From IMG/VR virus record IMGVR_UViG_3300021185_002167, positions 64,060 through 128,059 of that record: DNA of 64,000 nucleotides; one strand, given 5' to 3'. A model generated the notes under the pieces. It made no database searches, was not told the origin of the DNA, and saw nothing but the letters and a program-made list of their open reading frames with translations. This DNA is from a virus. Of this stretch, positions 17,366 through 26,000 are shown piece after piece. Position 1 is the first letter of the stretch. Each line of letters begins with the position of its first letter. The position numbers were made by a program, and so were the translations under genes.

Positions 17366-17808
17366 TGAATATAATATTTGATGTAGATGGAACTCTTATG
17401 GATATAGAGACAAGAAGAAAATTCCTTGATGAAACACCACCTAACTGGGATAAGTTTATGGACCCTAGTGAGATGCAAACTGACAAACCAATGGAGCATG
17501 TATTTAATTTAGCTGCATGTTTATACGATAGTGGTCATCAAATAGTAGTTGTTTCAGCAAGAAACGAAAGACATAGAGAAGTTACAGAAAGCCAGCTAAA
17601 AACAGCAGGAGGCGAATTCTGGAGTCATATGTTTTTAAGACCAGATGATAGCTACGAGCCAGACCATGAATTCAAACAAAGAGTTCTTAATGAGCTTATC
17701 AAAGCTGATTGGAAACCAGACATGATATTCGACGACAGAAATTCTGTTGTTGACATGTGGAGATCTAATGGAATCCCTTGTCTACAAGTCGCAGAAGGTA
17801 ACTTTTAA
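17365..17808 (+). CDS. HAD phosphatase resembling the 3'-phosphatase domain of T4 PNK (PseT)
   Basis: IFDVDGTL, VSAR, MFLRP..D...D..FK and FDDR..VVDMWR..GI.CLQV..G.F. Confidence 0.85.
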   Translation: MNIIFDVDGTLMDIETRRKFLDETPPNWDKFMDPSEMQTDKPMEHVFNLAACLYDSGHQIVVVSARNERHREVTESQLKTAGGEFWSHMFLRPDDSYEPDHEFKQRVLNELIKADWKPDMIFDDRNSVVDMWRSNGIPCLQVAEGNF

Positions 17809-17809
17809 G

Positions 17810-17935
17810 ATGGGTAAATTAAGACAATGGTTTAGAAATTGGCTTGACGTACAAGTAGAAAAGTCATTACAAAGACAAGCAAATAAAATGTTTGATAAAA
17901 ATAAAGTAAAATATACTGACGGAGACAATACTTGA
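17810..17935 (+). CDS. Small hypothetical protein
   Basis: Start moved to MGKLRQWF immediately after the upstream stop. Confidence 0.55.
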   Translation: MGKLRQWFRNWLDVQVEKSLQRQANKMFDKNKVKYTDGDNT

Positions 17936-17987
17936 GAATAGAACAACACTTTCTCACAATTATTTCACCAAAAAGTGAAAATAATCC

Positions 17988-18016
17988 TTTACATTTGCTC
18001 CCAACTATGGTATAAT
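17988..18016 (+). promoter_or_regulatory. sigma70-type early promoter
   Basis: TTTACA-17bp-TATAAT, preceded by an imperfect inverted repeat at 17959-17985. Confidence 0.85.
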
Positions 18017-18049
18017 AACTATATATTCAATTGATAAGGAGTATAAGAT

Positions 18050-18559
18050 ATGAATAAATTAGTAATAAACACGCAATACCTAGAGAACTACGGTACTCAA
18101 GAGGACCCTTACATGAAGTTCAAGGGTGGTAATACCTTTGTACTTCCTAACTGTGGAGAGTTGGACTCTAACGAAATTGCTACAGTCGTAGCTAGAGTTA
18201 GACCATTCATCACTACTACTTTGGCAGAGTCCAATGGCGGTTGTGAGGAATACATCATTGATTCTACAGTTGTACCACATTCTGCAAAAGCTTGTGAGGA
18301 CTGGGAAACAATCACTGACTTTTGTTTTGACCAATTCACTGGTGATGTTCATTTCATCAAAATTACTGACAACCGTGAAGATGGTTGGATGAGAAAAGAA
18401 ATTCTCGAAGTAACTGAGACATGGACTAACAACCGTGAAAACTATAAGAAAGAATTCTTAATGGACGACGGCGATTTATGTGTTGGCGACAAAGAGGCAA
18501 ATGCCTGGCTTAAACTGAATACAGTAAAACCAAAAATGGAAAGAAACATAACATTTTAA
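18050..18559 (+). CDS. Conserved hypothetical early protein
   Basis: TQY.ENYG...KFKGG motif; TAAGGAG RBS. Confidence 0.75.
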   Translation: MNKLVINTQYLENYGTQEDPYMKFKGGNTFVLPNCGELDSNEIATVVARVRPFITTTLAESNGGCEEYIIDSTVVPHSAKACEDWETITDFCFDQFTGDVHFIKITDNREDGWMRKEILEVTETWTNNRENYKKEFLMDDGDLCVGDKEANAWLKLNTVKPKMERNITF

Positions 18560-18569
18560 GGAGTATATT

Positions 18570-18764
18570 ATGGAAAGATATTTAATCACAACAGAGTCAT
18601 ACATATATGCAGAGAACGAAGCAAAAGCAAAGTCACTTGCAGGATATGTACAAGGCAAACAAAGAAAGTCATATGACAACCAATGTCATGTAACAAAATT
18701 AGAGTACGCACCTTTTGGCGGCGGATTCTCAGATACAAATTTAATTGAAGGAGAAATACTATGA
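18570..18764 (+). CDS. Hypothetical protein
   Basis: TAAGGAG RBS. Confidence 0.7.
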   Translation: MERYLITTESYIYAENEAKAKSLAGYVQGKQRKSYDNQCHVTKLEYAPFGGGFSDTNLIEGEIL

Positions 18765-19045
18765 GTAATACATTTGAATTACTAAAAGCTGAGCTTAATC
18801 AGTATAAAGAAGAAAAAGATATGCAAGAAATGATTGCTAAGCTTGACGCAAGAAAATCAATTATTAAAGAGCAATCTAAATTAACTAAGCAAGTTAAAAA
18901 GGCTGGTAAACAATCACCAGGCGGTTTAGACTGTTTCAAAGAAGAGAATATGTATCATAGCGAAAAGAACATATCTCGTTATCTAGAAGATAGTTCAATC
19001 ATGCATGCATATGACGCTTCTAAATTAGACCAGGAGTGGAACTAA
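18761..19045 (+). CDS. Hypothetical protein
   Basis: AAGGAG RBS and ATGA overlap. Confidence 0.7.
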   Translation: MSNTFELLKAELNQYKEEKDMQEMIAKLDARKSIIKEQSKLTKQVKKAGKQSPGGLDCFKEENMYHSEKNISRYLEDSSIMHAYDASKLDQEWN

Positions 19046-19200
19046 TGAATAGAGGACATCAAAGAGCTATTGCATTACAAACTGCAAGAGATAAAGCAAA
19101 CGATCCTGACTTTAAATTGTTATGGGATATGAAACTAAGAGAACTTATTAAAATTGCAGAAAAAGGAGAAAAGGGAAAATGGGCCAATACGATAAAGTAG
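19045..19200 (+). CDS. 51-aa hypothetical protein (not in the ORF track)
   Basis: AGGAG RBS, TAATG overlap; MNRGHQRAIALQTARDKANDPDFKLLW... Confidence 0.6.
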   Translation: MNRGHQRAIALQTARDKANDPDFKLLWDMKLRELIKIAEKGEKGKWANTIK

Positions 19201-19478
19201 TAGAAAAGCAAAGAATAAAAATTGCAGCTGAAGAGTGGGCAGGTAAAGTTAAATCAATACATGCTCATAGCTTATCAAGTTTGTATTATGATGATCGACC
19301 ACAAGATACTCAAGGCAATAAAAGCGTAGTTGATATAGAATATAACTCAGGAAGAGTTGAAAGAAAACTTATTAATACAGGAGAAACCTTTATCTTTGAC
19401 AAATATGAACTTAAGGGCAATGACCTTTTACAGACGTTTGGCCAAAATAATGAAAATAATCCTTTACATTTGACTTAA
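19179..19478 (+). CDS. Hypothetical protein
   Basis: ORF in the early cluster with a purine-rich RBS. Confidence 0.7.
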   Translation: MGQYDKVVEKQRIKIAAEEWAGKVKSIHAHSLSSLYYDDRPQDTQGNKSVVDIEYNSGRVERKLINTGETFIFDKYELKGNDLLQTFGQNNENNPLHLT

Positions 19479-19491
19479 AGTATGGTATAAT
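19463..19491 (+). promoter_or_regulatory. sigma70-type early promoter
   Basis: TTTACA-17bp-TATAAT. Confidence 0.85.
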
Positions 19492-19497
19492 ATACAT

Positions 19498-19746
19498 ATG
19501 AACGAATATTTAATTGAAAAGAATAAAATGATGGGAGGTATACAAAAAGTATATAAGTTCCCTAATGGATATGGTGCAAGCGTTATTCAACATAAAGGTT
19601 CATATGGATATGTAAAGGGGCAATGGGAAGTTGCTGTATTACATGAAGGTCAACTTTGTTATTCAACTCCTATCACATCTGATGTCATAGGTCATCTTAA
19701 TGACCCAGAGGTTGATAACATTTTAGGTAAAATATTTAGATTATGA
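19498..19746 (+). CDS. Conserved phage hypothetical protein
   Basis: YKFPNGYGASVI...SYG...G.WEVAVL...L.Y.TPIT.DVIG.L motif. Confidence 0.8.
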   Translation: MNEYLIEKNKMMGGIQKVYKFPNGYGASVIQHKGSYGYVKGQWEVAVLHEGQLCYSTPITSDVIGHLNDPEVDNILGKIFRL

Positions 19747-19874
19747 AAAAAACAATAAGACGTCCGGTGAGTACGCTAACTCACACATCAAGAGAAGTTG
19801 CAATTCATTTCTTAGCATGGAGAGAAAAGCAAAAAGAAAAAACCATGATAGGTCATAATGGAGGTCCTAAGTAA
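19743..19874 (+). CDS. 43-aa protein ending in MIGHNGGPK
   Basis: Manual translation; ATGA and TAATG overlaps on both sides. Confidence 0.55.
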   Translation: MKKTIRRPVSTLTHTSREVAIHFLAWREKQKEKTMIGHNGGPK

Positions 19875-20224
19875 TGGGTGCAACTAATTTTTATATGGGT
19901 TCATTACGATATGATATCCACGGCAGAAAAAGAAAGAAGCATGCTTCTAACAGAGTAAAGAAAAAGCCTGTTGAGTTTAAACCAATGACTATTGAAGTAT
20001 CTACTCTTGACCAACTACGAGCTGAACAAGCAGCTCAATACAAATCAGTTATGGAAGACTATATGAAAGATGGTAACTATCCAAAATCTGATACTACTAA
20101 AAAAGAAACAATGAAATACACAGGTACTCTTGTCAAAGGTATTGCTACAATGCATAAGTCAAATGCAGTCCCAGTTATTTCACAACAAGAAGCTGAGGAT
20201 ATCAGCAAAATGAGGAGAAACTAA
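19874..20224 (+). CDS. Conserved T4-like hypothetical protein
   Basis: C-terminal YTG....GIATMHKSNAVPV......A.DIS.MRR. Confidence 0.8.
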   Translation: MGATNFYMGSLRYDIHGRKRKKHASNRVKKKPVEFKPMTIEVSTLDQLRAEQAAQYKSVMEDYMKDGNYPKSDTTKKETMKYTGTLVKGIATMHKSNAVPVISQQEAEDISKMRRN

Positions 20225-20346
20225 TGAATACAATATTTAGTATACTATTACTGATAGGTACTGCATGGTTTGCATTTATGTCAGCTCATGTTTCTTCAGA
20301 ACAAAAAGAAGGAAAAACTATTCGATTACCTTGGGAAAAGGAATAA
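20224..20346 (+). CDS. 40-aa membrane micro-protein
   Basis: AGGAG RBS, TAATG overlap, N-terminal TM. Confidence 0.55.
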   Translation: MNTIFSILLLIGTAWFAFMSAHVSSEQKEGKTIRLPWEKE

Positions 20347-20438
20347 TGGAATACTTTTTATATTTTATATTATTCTGTATGATATGCAACGGTATTGTAT
20401 ACGTAATACAAGAATTAATTAATAAGTTTTATGATTGA
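20346..20438 (+). CDS. 30-aa hydrophobic micro-protein
   Basis: AAGGA RBS and TAATG overlap. Confidence 0.45.
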   Translation: MEYFLYFILFCMICNGIVYVIQELINKFYD

Positions 20439-20490
20439 ACTTCATCAACGCAACTCCTTATCACCCGCGGAAGTTCAATCATATTTTTTT
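20430..20490 (+). ncRNA. Long stem-loop with anti-Shine-Dalgarno loop and U-tail (terminator and/or 3'-derived sRNA)
   Basis: Perfect 14-bp inverted repeat 20430-20443 / 20470-20483; loop contains AACTCCTTATCA; followed by T7. Confidence 0.55.
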
Positions 20491-20499
20491 AAAAAAACG

Positions 20500-20528
20500 T
20501 TTACATTTGATAAGGAATGTGGTATAAT
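20500..20528 (+). promoter_or_regulatory. sigma70-type early promoter
   Basis: TTTACA-17bp-TATAAT. Confidence 0.85.
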
Positions 20529-20557
20529 AGATCTATATAGTTAATAAGGAGAAATAT

Positions 20558-21673
20558 ATGGCTAAAAGAAAAAGAGGACCAAGTCTTGATGAAAAGTATC
20601 TTGGACCAGAACCAATATATACAAGTGAATCAGATTTTACCGGTGGAAACTGGACTAAAGGCGTTCATTGGTATAACTATTTTTATAAACAAAAAGATTA
20701 TATGCCAACAACTCATCAGTTCTGTAAAGACGTAATGGGATGGGATAAGAAAAAAATATCAGTACTTAAAAGGCTTAAAGACTACAGATTTATGAAAGTT
20801 AATAAGTTGATTAAAATGTATTATAGAGGTTGGCAATATCCAGAAGAACAAATCACTTCTATAAAAGATTTTATCAATGAACAATACAAAGTAGCTTTAA
20901 AAGAAAAGAAAGTTGAAGAAGCTAAAAAGGCTGATGTAGTTATTATATCACCAGCTGAAAGAACTCGTATGAAAGTTATGGACACTATATATTATGACTT
21001 TGATTCTACTATAGTTGAAGGTTGGCTTGAAGGAGAATTTAAACAAAAGTTTAATGCTTTTAATCGATTTAAACTACATCAGCTTAAAGGTAACGCAATT
21101 AATATATTTAAAGCTCTTGTCGAAACTGAATATAATAATATCAAAGATGCTTATGAAAAGAATTGCGATCAAGCAGTAGAAGCATACTCTCATTTTACGA
21201 AAGGCGAAAAGAGCAAGATGCTTAAACAGCTTGAAGAGATATTTGTCGATCTTGAAAGACTAAGAGATTCTTTTAAAGCGACAAGGTCTACTAAAGTTAA
21301 AAAAGTTAAAGCTTCAGATCAACAAGTAACTAAGCTTAAGTATTGTGCAGAAAACTTAGATGCTAAATTAACATCTATTAATCCTGTTGCGATACCAGGT
21401 AAAACTAAACTATATGTTTATAACTGTAAGAATAAAAAGCTTATGGAGTATGTAACATCATCAATAGGTGGCTTTGAAATATCAGGTACATCTATAAGAA
21501 ATTTTGAAAAAGAATCTCGACAAGCTACATTAAGAAAGCCTGATGAAATATTACCAATGGTTCTTAATAAGACTGAAAAACAAATTGAGAAGATATGGGA
21601 AACGTTAACAACTAAAATAGATAAACCCACAGGAAGAATAAATGCTGACTGTATTTTAATGAGAGTATTTTAA
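20558..21673 (+). CDS. Conserved T4-like hypothetical protein
   Basis: YLGPEP, WYNYFY, SINP..I.G...LYVYN, TLRKP and GRIN...IL motifs; upstream of gp33. Confidence 0.75.
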   Translation: MAKRKRGPSLDEKYLGPEPIYTSESDFTGGNWTKGVHWYNYFYKQKDYMPTTHQFCKDVMGWDKKKISVLKRLKDYRFMKVNKLIKMYYRGWQYPEEQITSIKDFINEQYKVALKEKKVEEAKKADVVIISPAERTRMKVMDTIYYDFDSTIVEGWLEGEFKQKFNAFNRFKLHQLKGNAINIFKALVETEYNNIKDAYEKNCDQAVEAYSHFTKGEKSKMLKQLEEIFVDLERLRDSFKATRSTKVKKVKASDQQVTKLKYCAENLDAKLTSINPVAIPGKTKLYVYNCKNKKLMEYVTSSIGGFEISGTSIRNFEKESRQATLRKPDEILPMVLNKTEKQIEKIWETLTTKIDKPTGRINADCILMRVF

Positions 21674-21683
21674 GGAAAAAATT

Positions 21684-21929
21684 ATGTCAGATAATCCAGT
21701 AGAACAAAAAGTAATGACAAAGAAAAGATTTTCTGCAGCAGTAGAACATCTTGTCGCTAATAACAATATGTCTTATATCGATTCAGCAGCTTATATAGTT
21801 GAACAAAGAGGTATGGACTATAAGAATATGAAGAAGCTTTTAACAGATTCTTTAAAACAAAAGATTGAAGAAGAAGCAGCTAGCTTAAATTTAATCAAAA
21901 TCAAACGAACTAATAAATTACCATTATAA
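21684..21929 (+). CDS. gp33: Late transcription coactivator gp33
   Basis: F...VE.LV....MSYID, LK.KIE.EA..LN.I and terminal KLPL; synteny with 59 and 32. Confidence 0.88.
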   Translation: MSDNPVEQKVMTKKRFSAAVEHLVANNNMSYIDSAAYIVEQRGMDYKNMKKLLTDSLKQKIEEEAASLNLIKIKRTNKLPL

Positions 21930-21939
21930 AGGAGAAAAA

Positions 21940-22203
21940 ATGAGTAGTAATGTAATCATTCCATCAAGCGTGGAAGACAAAAAAAGAATCAAAGGATGCA
22001 TTGAAGAGATATCAAACTCTCTTACGCGTATCGATTCAGAAAAAGCTTTTATAAAAGAAGCAGTTGAATCATGCGCAGAGGATGTAGCAATTGATAAAAA
22101 GCATCTAAGAAAAATGGCTAACATACATCATAAGCAAAACTTAAGCGAAGTTGTTGGCGAAATAGAAGATGTAGAAGCTCTATACGAAGGAGTTATGGTA
22201 TAG
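21940..22203 (+). CDS. dsbA: T4 DsbA-like dsDNA-binding protein
   Basis: I.E.S.S..RID.E...IKE, KK.LRKMA.IHHKQN and E.LYE; position between gp33 and gp59. Confidence 0.75.
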   Translation: MSSNVIIPSSVEDKKRIKGCIEEISNSLTRIDSEKAFIKEAVESCAEDVAIDKKHLRKMANIHHKQNLSEVVGEIEDVEALYEGVMV

Positions 22204-22799
22204 TGAACGATCCGTTTGAATCTTATAAATTGTATAATGCGCTCAAACTCCATTTCGAAACAGATGGATATGATGCTGTTAAATACCATTATAAGACAAA
22301 CGTAAAGCCAACATCCTTCTTTAAACGTAAGGATAAATACTTCTTTGCCAAGCTTGCTAATACATATGAATCTGAATTAAAAGAATTCTATATAGCAAAC
22401 TTTAAAAACGATGTTAAGTATGTCGGTGATATGCTTAACGAAGGTGGCGAAAGGTATTATAGAGACCATAAAAAGATTATGGAATCTCTCAGCTATCAGT
22501 TTCAAACTGATATAAATAAACTTAATGATATGGATATATCGTTTGATTCTCTCTTAACGGCAGAAGATAACAATCATCCATTGATTATAAAGCTTTGGAT
22601 GCAAGAAGAAATACAGTTGGAAACAATCGTAATCTTGGATTCAATACTTGGGTTTGTAGAACGTGAAAATAATAAGATAACAGATACAATCATTTGGCCT
22701 GATATCTATAGAAAGATTATGAAATACAAACCTTTCGTAAAGTTCGATCGAAATAAATGTTTAAATTTATTAAAAAAGACCTTTACAAATGCCACATAA
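22203..22799 (+). CDS. gp59: Helicase loader gp59
   Basis: Y.LY.ALKLHF...YD..KY, F.KRKDKYFF.KL, LET..ILD and KY.PF. Confidence 0.93.
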   Translation: MNDPFESYKLYNALKLHFETDGYDAVKYHYKTNVKPTSFFKRKDKYFFAKLANTYESELKEFYIANFKNDVKYVGDMLNEGGERYYRDHKKIMESLSYQFQTDINKLNDMDISFDSLLTAEDNNHPLIIKLWMQEEIQLETIVILDSILGFVERENNKITDTIIWPDIYRKIMKYKPFVKFDRNKCLNLLKKTFTNAT

Positions 22800-22810
22800 T
22801 GTGGTATAAT
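22782..22810 (+). promoter_or_regulatory. sigma70-type promoter for gene 32
   Basis: TTTACA-17bp-TATAAT. Confidence 0.8.
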
Positions 22811-22867
22811 ATAACTATAATATAATGTATAACGTGGACAATTCAGTAAATATATGGAGAAAATAAT

Positions 22868-23773
22868 ATGTCATTAGACAATCTAAAGAGCATGCGAGGC
22901 TCATCAATCGATAAACTCGTAAAAGCAGCGGAAGCAGTATCAACAACAAAGACAGAATCTAACAGCTATGCTGACGATAGATTCTGGAAACCGACCAGAG
23001 ATAAAGCAGGTAACGGTTATGCAGTAGTCAGATTCCTACCAGCCAAAGAAGGTGAAGATCTTCCTTGGGTAAGGTATTGGGACCACGGGTTTAAAGGACC
23101 AACTGGCTTATGGTATATCGAAAACTCTTTAACATCTATTGGACAACCAGATCCAGTGAGCGAATCAAATGGTTTACTTTGGAATTCAGGTCGTGATGAA
23201 GATAAAGCTCTCGCAAGAGAAAGGAAAAGAAGGTTACATTACGTATCAAACGTATTAGTTATCTCTGATCCGGACAATCCACAAAATGAAGGAAAGGTAT
23301 TTCTTTATAAGTTTGGTAAAAAAATCTTTGATAAGATTATGGATGTCATGCAACCTCAGTTCGCTGATGAAGAACCAGTAAATCCTTACGATTTCTGGGA
23401 AGGTGCAGACTTCAAAATTAAAATCAGAAAAGTAGAAGGGTGGGTCAACTATGACAAATCAGAATTCTCTTCAGCTTCTGCCCTACACGGTGGAGATGAA
23501 GCAAGACTTACTGAAGTGTATGACAAAATCTATTCTCTTGGTGATTTCTTATTACCAGAGAACTACAAAACTTATGATGAGTTAAGTATGAAGTTAAATA
23601 AAGTATTAGGTGTAACAGCCGGACATACTGCAGCGCCAGAACCAATGTTGCAACAAACTTCAGCGCCAGCTCCGACTATGGAATCAGCCGATACGAGCTT
23701 TCCACCAGCGGACAATTCATCTGATGAAGATGATACACTTAGCTATTTTGCGAAACTTGCTAAAGAAAGTTAA
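22868..23773 (+). CDS. gp32: Single-stranded DNA-binding protein gp32
   Basis: DDRFWKP..DKAGNGYAVVRFLP, WYIENSL, FGKKIFDKI, PYDFWEGADF and acidic tail DDTLSYF. Confidence 0.97.
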   Translation: MSLDNLKSMRGSSIDKLVKAAEAVSTTKTESNSYADDRFWKPTRDKAGNGYAVVRFLPAKEGEDLPWVRYWDHGFKGPTGLWYIENSLTSIGQPDPVSESNGLLWNSGRDEDKALARERKRRLHYVSNVLVISDPDNPQNEGKVFLYKFGKKIFDKIMDVMQPQFADEEPVNPYDFWEGADFKIKIRKVEGWVNYDKSEFSSASALHGGDEARLTEVYDKIYSLGDFLLPENYKTYDELSMKLNKVLGVTAGHTAAPEPMLQQTSAPAPTMESADTSFPPADNSSDEDDTLSYFAKLAKES

Positions 23774-23789
23774 TTTTAATTAATTTTGG

Positions 23790-23815
23790 AAAGGACTCGA
23801 AAGGGTCCTTTTTTT
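23790..23815. terminator. Terminator between the convergent gp32 and tape-measure genes
   Basis: AAAGGACTC-GAAA-GGGTCCTTT followed by a T run. Confidence 0.85.
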
Positions 23816-25616
23816 ATGTGTATGTATTTGCCAACATACCACCAACAGCATCTACTGCTTGATTAGCAGCGTTTGATATTACTGTTACTGTATCACCAGC
23901 TTTTTGTTGTATGTTATATAATGCAGTATCACGTCTTGCAGCTTCCTGATCAGTCATTCTTGGTCCTGAGAATACTTGATCTTTTAATGCTTTACCTTCT
24001 CTAGATTTTGCATCAATAAGCATTCCTTTTTTATCCATACCGTCAGCTTTTGCTTTAAGACCATCTAAAGCAGTATCTCCAGCAGTAAAGACTTTATCAA
24101 ATCCTTCTTTAAATCCTTCCATTGGTGTTTTACCACCTGGTAATGATGCAGCTATAGCTCCTAATCCGCCGGCAGCAACTGCTTGAGGAAATGTTGCGAT
24201 CTTTTTAAATATTTTTAATAGACTAATAGTAATATTTTTTATAATACCACCAAATCCTATATCACTAATAGTATCTCTCATACGTGCAAAGAAGTTTATA
24301 ATAGTATCAGTGACTGCATCAAAGGCATCACCTACTATTTTTGTAAATGAAAATGATGCTAAAAACTCTGCAGCTTTTTCAAATCCAAAGAATCCTAATA
24401 TTTTACCTGTTATAAATCTAATACCATCCAAGAGAAATATTGGGCCCATGAGTAACATTTGTTTAAAGCCACCCATAATACCTGCAAAAACTTTAGTTAA
24501 GAAACTCCCATCTTCATATTGTTTAAATCCTTTAAAGAATCCAACTATAAAGTTAAATATACCAAAGAATCTACCAAGAACTCGACCTATACCTTTAAAC
24601 GCGTTACCTACTCTAGATAAGAATCCAAACACCGTTTGTATTGGCTTTAAAGCTTTAAAGAAATTTACTATTGACGATCCAAGACTGTTAACAACTTTAC
24701 TTGATGTTCCTAAAGCTTTACCAGCTTTATCAACTGATTTAATAACAACACTTGCTTGACCAGTAAATAAATTTATAAGTCCATTTAATGGTTTAAACAA
24801 TGTATTAAGAGCTCTTGAAATACCTTTCATTAATTTAGAATCTACTGGAAAACTAAACTTAAGCTTAGTTAATGATTCTAATGCTCTAAACCTTCCAGCA
24901 AGAAAACCAGTAGTTGCTGCAGCTACTTTAGTAACGTTACCAAGTATAGTAGTCATAATTCTGAATGAATCCATAAATACAAGCTTTAACTGCTTCACCG
25001 ATCTCGCTAAGAATCCAGGGGGTTTATTACCCTTTGACTTAAATATACCAGTAAAAGCTTTGAATCCATTAGTAACAGTAGTTTGAATGCTTACTCTTAA
25101 ACCTTTAAAGAATCCTTGCATGCCTAATAACTTTCCAATTTTAGTACCAATTGCTGATAAACCTTTCCCTATAAGTTTAAATGGTTCTAAGAATGCTGAT
25201 GCAAAGAATCCGATAAGAAGACCACGTACCGCTGTATTAATTATAATACCTGCTATAGTACCACGGCCTTTATCGCCAAATTCTTCTTTAAGTTGTTCAT
25301 AACTAAAAGATGTATATTTTGCAATAGTTTCTAATAGGTCATTACGTTCATTATCACGTTTAGCTTCTATTCTTCCTCTGAGTAACTGTTCTTTTTCAGC
25401 TTCTAATTCATCTAATTTGCCTGATTTTAATACTTCTATAAGGTCTTCTATAGCGTATAATTGACTCGTGTCTAAGTTGCGACCTTCCGTTCTCATATAA
25501 TCATTAAGCTCTTGCGTATAATACGCTGATTCTTGAGCCATTGCTGTAGCGTCGTTTAATTCTTGTAGTTGTTCTACTACGTCGCCAAGTGATTTTTGAT
25601 TAGGTTGATCTGCCAT
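23814..25616 (-). CDS. Tail tape-measure / baseplate hub protein (gp29-like)
   Basis: 600 aa helical protein with coiled N-terminus and Gly/Phe/Lys amphipathic repeats; downstream of gp26/gp51. Confidence 0.72.
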   Translation of the reverse strand: MADQPNQKSLGDVVEQLQELNDATAMAQESAYYTQELNDYMRTEGRNLDTSQLYAIEDLIEVLKSGKLDELEAEKEQLLRGRIEAKRDNERNDLLETIAKYTSFSYEQLKEEFGDKGRGTIAGIIINTAVRGLLIGFFASAFLEPFKLIGKGLSAIGTKIGKLLGMQGFFKGLRVSIQTTVTNGFKAFTGIFKSKGNKPPGFLARSVKQLKLVFMDSFRIMTTILGNVTKVAAATTGFLAGRFRALESLTKLKFSFPVDSKLMKGISRALNTLFKPLNGLINLFTGQASVVIKSVDKAGKALGTSSKVVNSLGSSIVNFFKALKPIQTVFGFLSRVGNAFKGIGRVLGRFFGIFNFIVGFFKGFKQYEDGSFLTKVFAGIMGGFKQMLLMGPIFLLDGIRFITGKILGFFGFEKAAEFLASFSFTKIVGDAFDAVTDTIINFFARMRDTISDIGFGGIIKNITISLLKIFKKIATFPQAVAAGGLGAIAASLPGGKTPMEGFKEGFDKVFTAGDTALDGLKAKADGMDKKGMLIDAKSREGKALKDQVFSGPRMTDQEAARRDTALYNIQQKAGDTVTVISNAANQAVDAVGGMLANTYT

Positions 25617-25620
25617 TTAT

Positions 25621-25998
25621 CTATTTCCCGAATGCTTTGCCAGCTTCTGATATACCAAATGCACCAAGTGTTACTACAACAAATGATGTATATATTGTTT
25701 CTGAAACTTTTAAATCCATGTCCCATACAAGTGCTGTGACTAAGTCAGTCATACCAAACACTACCATTAGGAAGAATGAAATAAATCCTATGATTGCTTT
25801 TTCATTCAAGTCGTTATCGTCAATAAACAAGTCCATAAATTTTCTTTTACGAGGACCAAGCTGTTCTTTTGCAAGCCGAGCTTCTTCTTTCATTTCTTTG
25901 ATTGCGTCTTCTTGTTCATCAAGCTTCTCAATCATAGCCATGTACTTATCTAAATCAATTTCTACTTCATTTCTGCTGTTATCTTGATTATCAGCCAT
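25621..25998 (-). CDS. Coiled-coil plus two-TM membrane protein
   Basis: AGGAG RBS; acidic coil, then NEKAIIGFISF and VVVTLGAFGI hydrophobic helices. Confidence 0.7.
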   Translation of the reverse strand: MADNQDNSRNEVEIDLDKYMAMIEKLDEQEDAIKEMKEEARLAKEQLGPRKRKFMDLFIDDNDLNEKAIIGFISFFLMVVFGMTDLVTALVWDMDLKVSETIYTSFVVVTLGAFGISEAGKAFGK

Positions 25999-26000
25999 TA

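Noticed and set aside
17965-17978. Possible CRP site near an early promoter, linking to the cyclase
   Set aside because: Half-sites read TCAC-N6-GTGA, the reverse arrangement of the CRP consensus TGTGA-N6-TCACA
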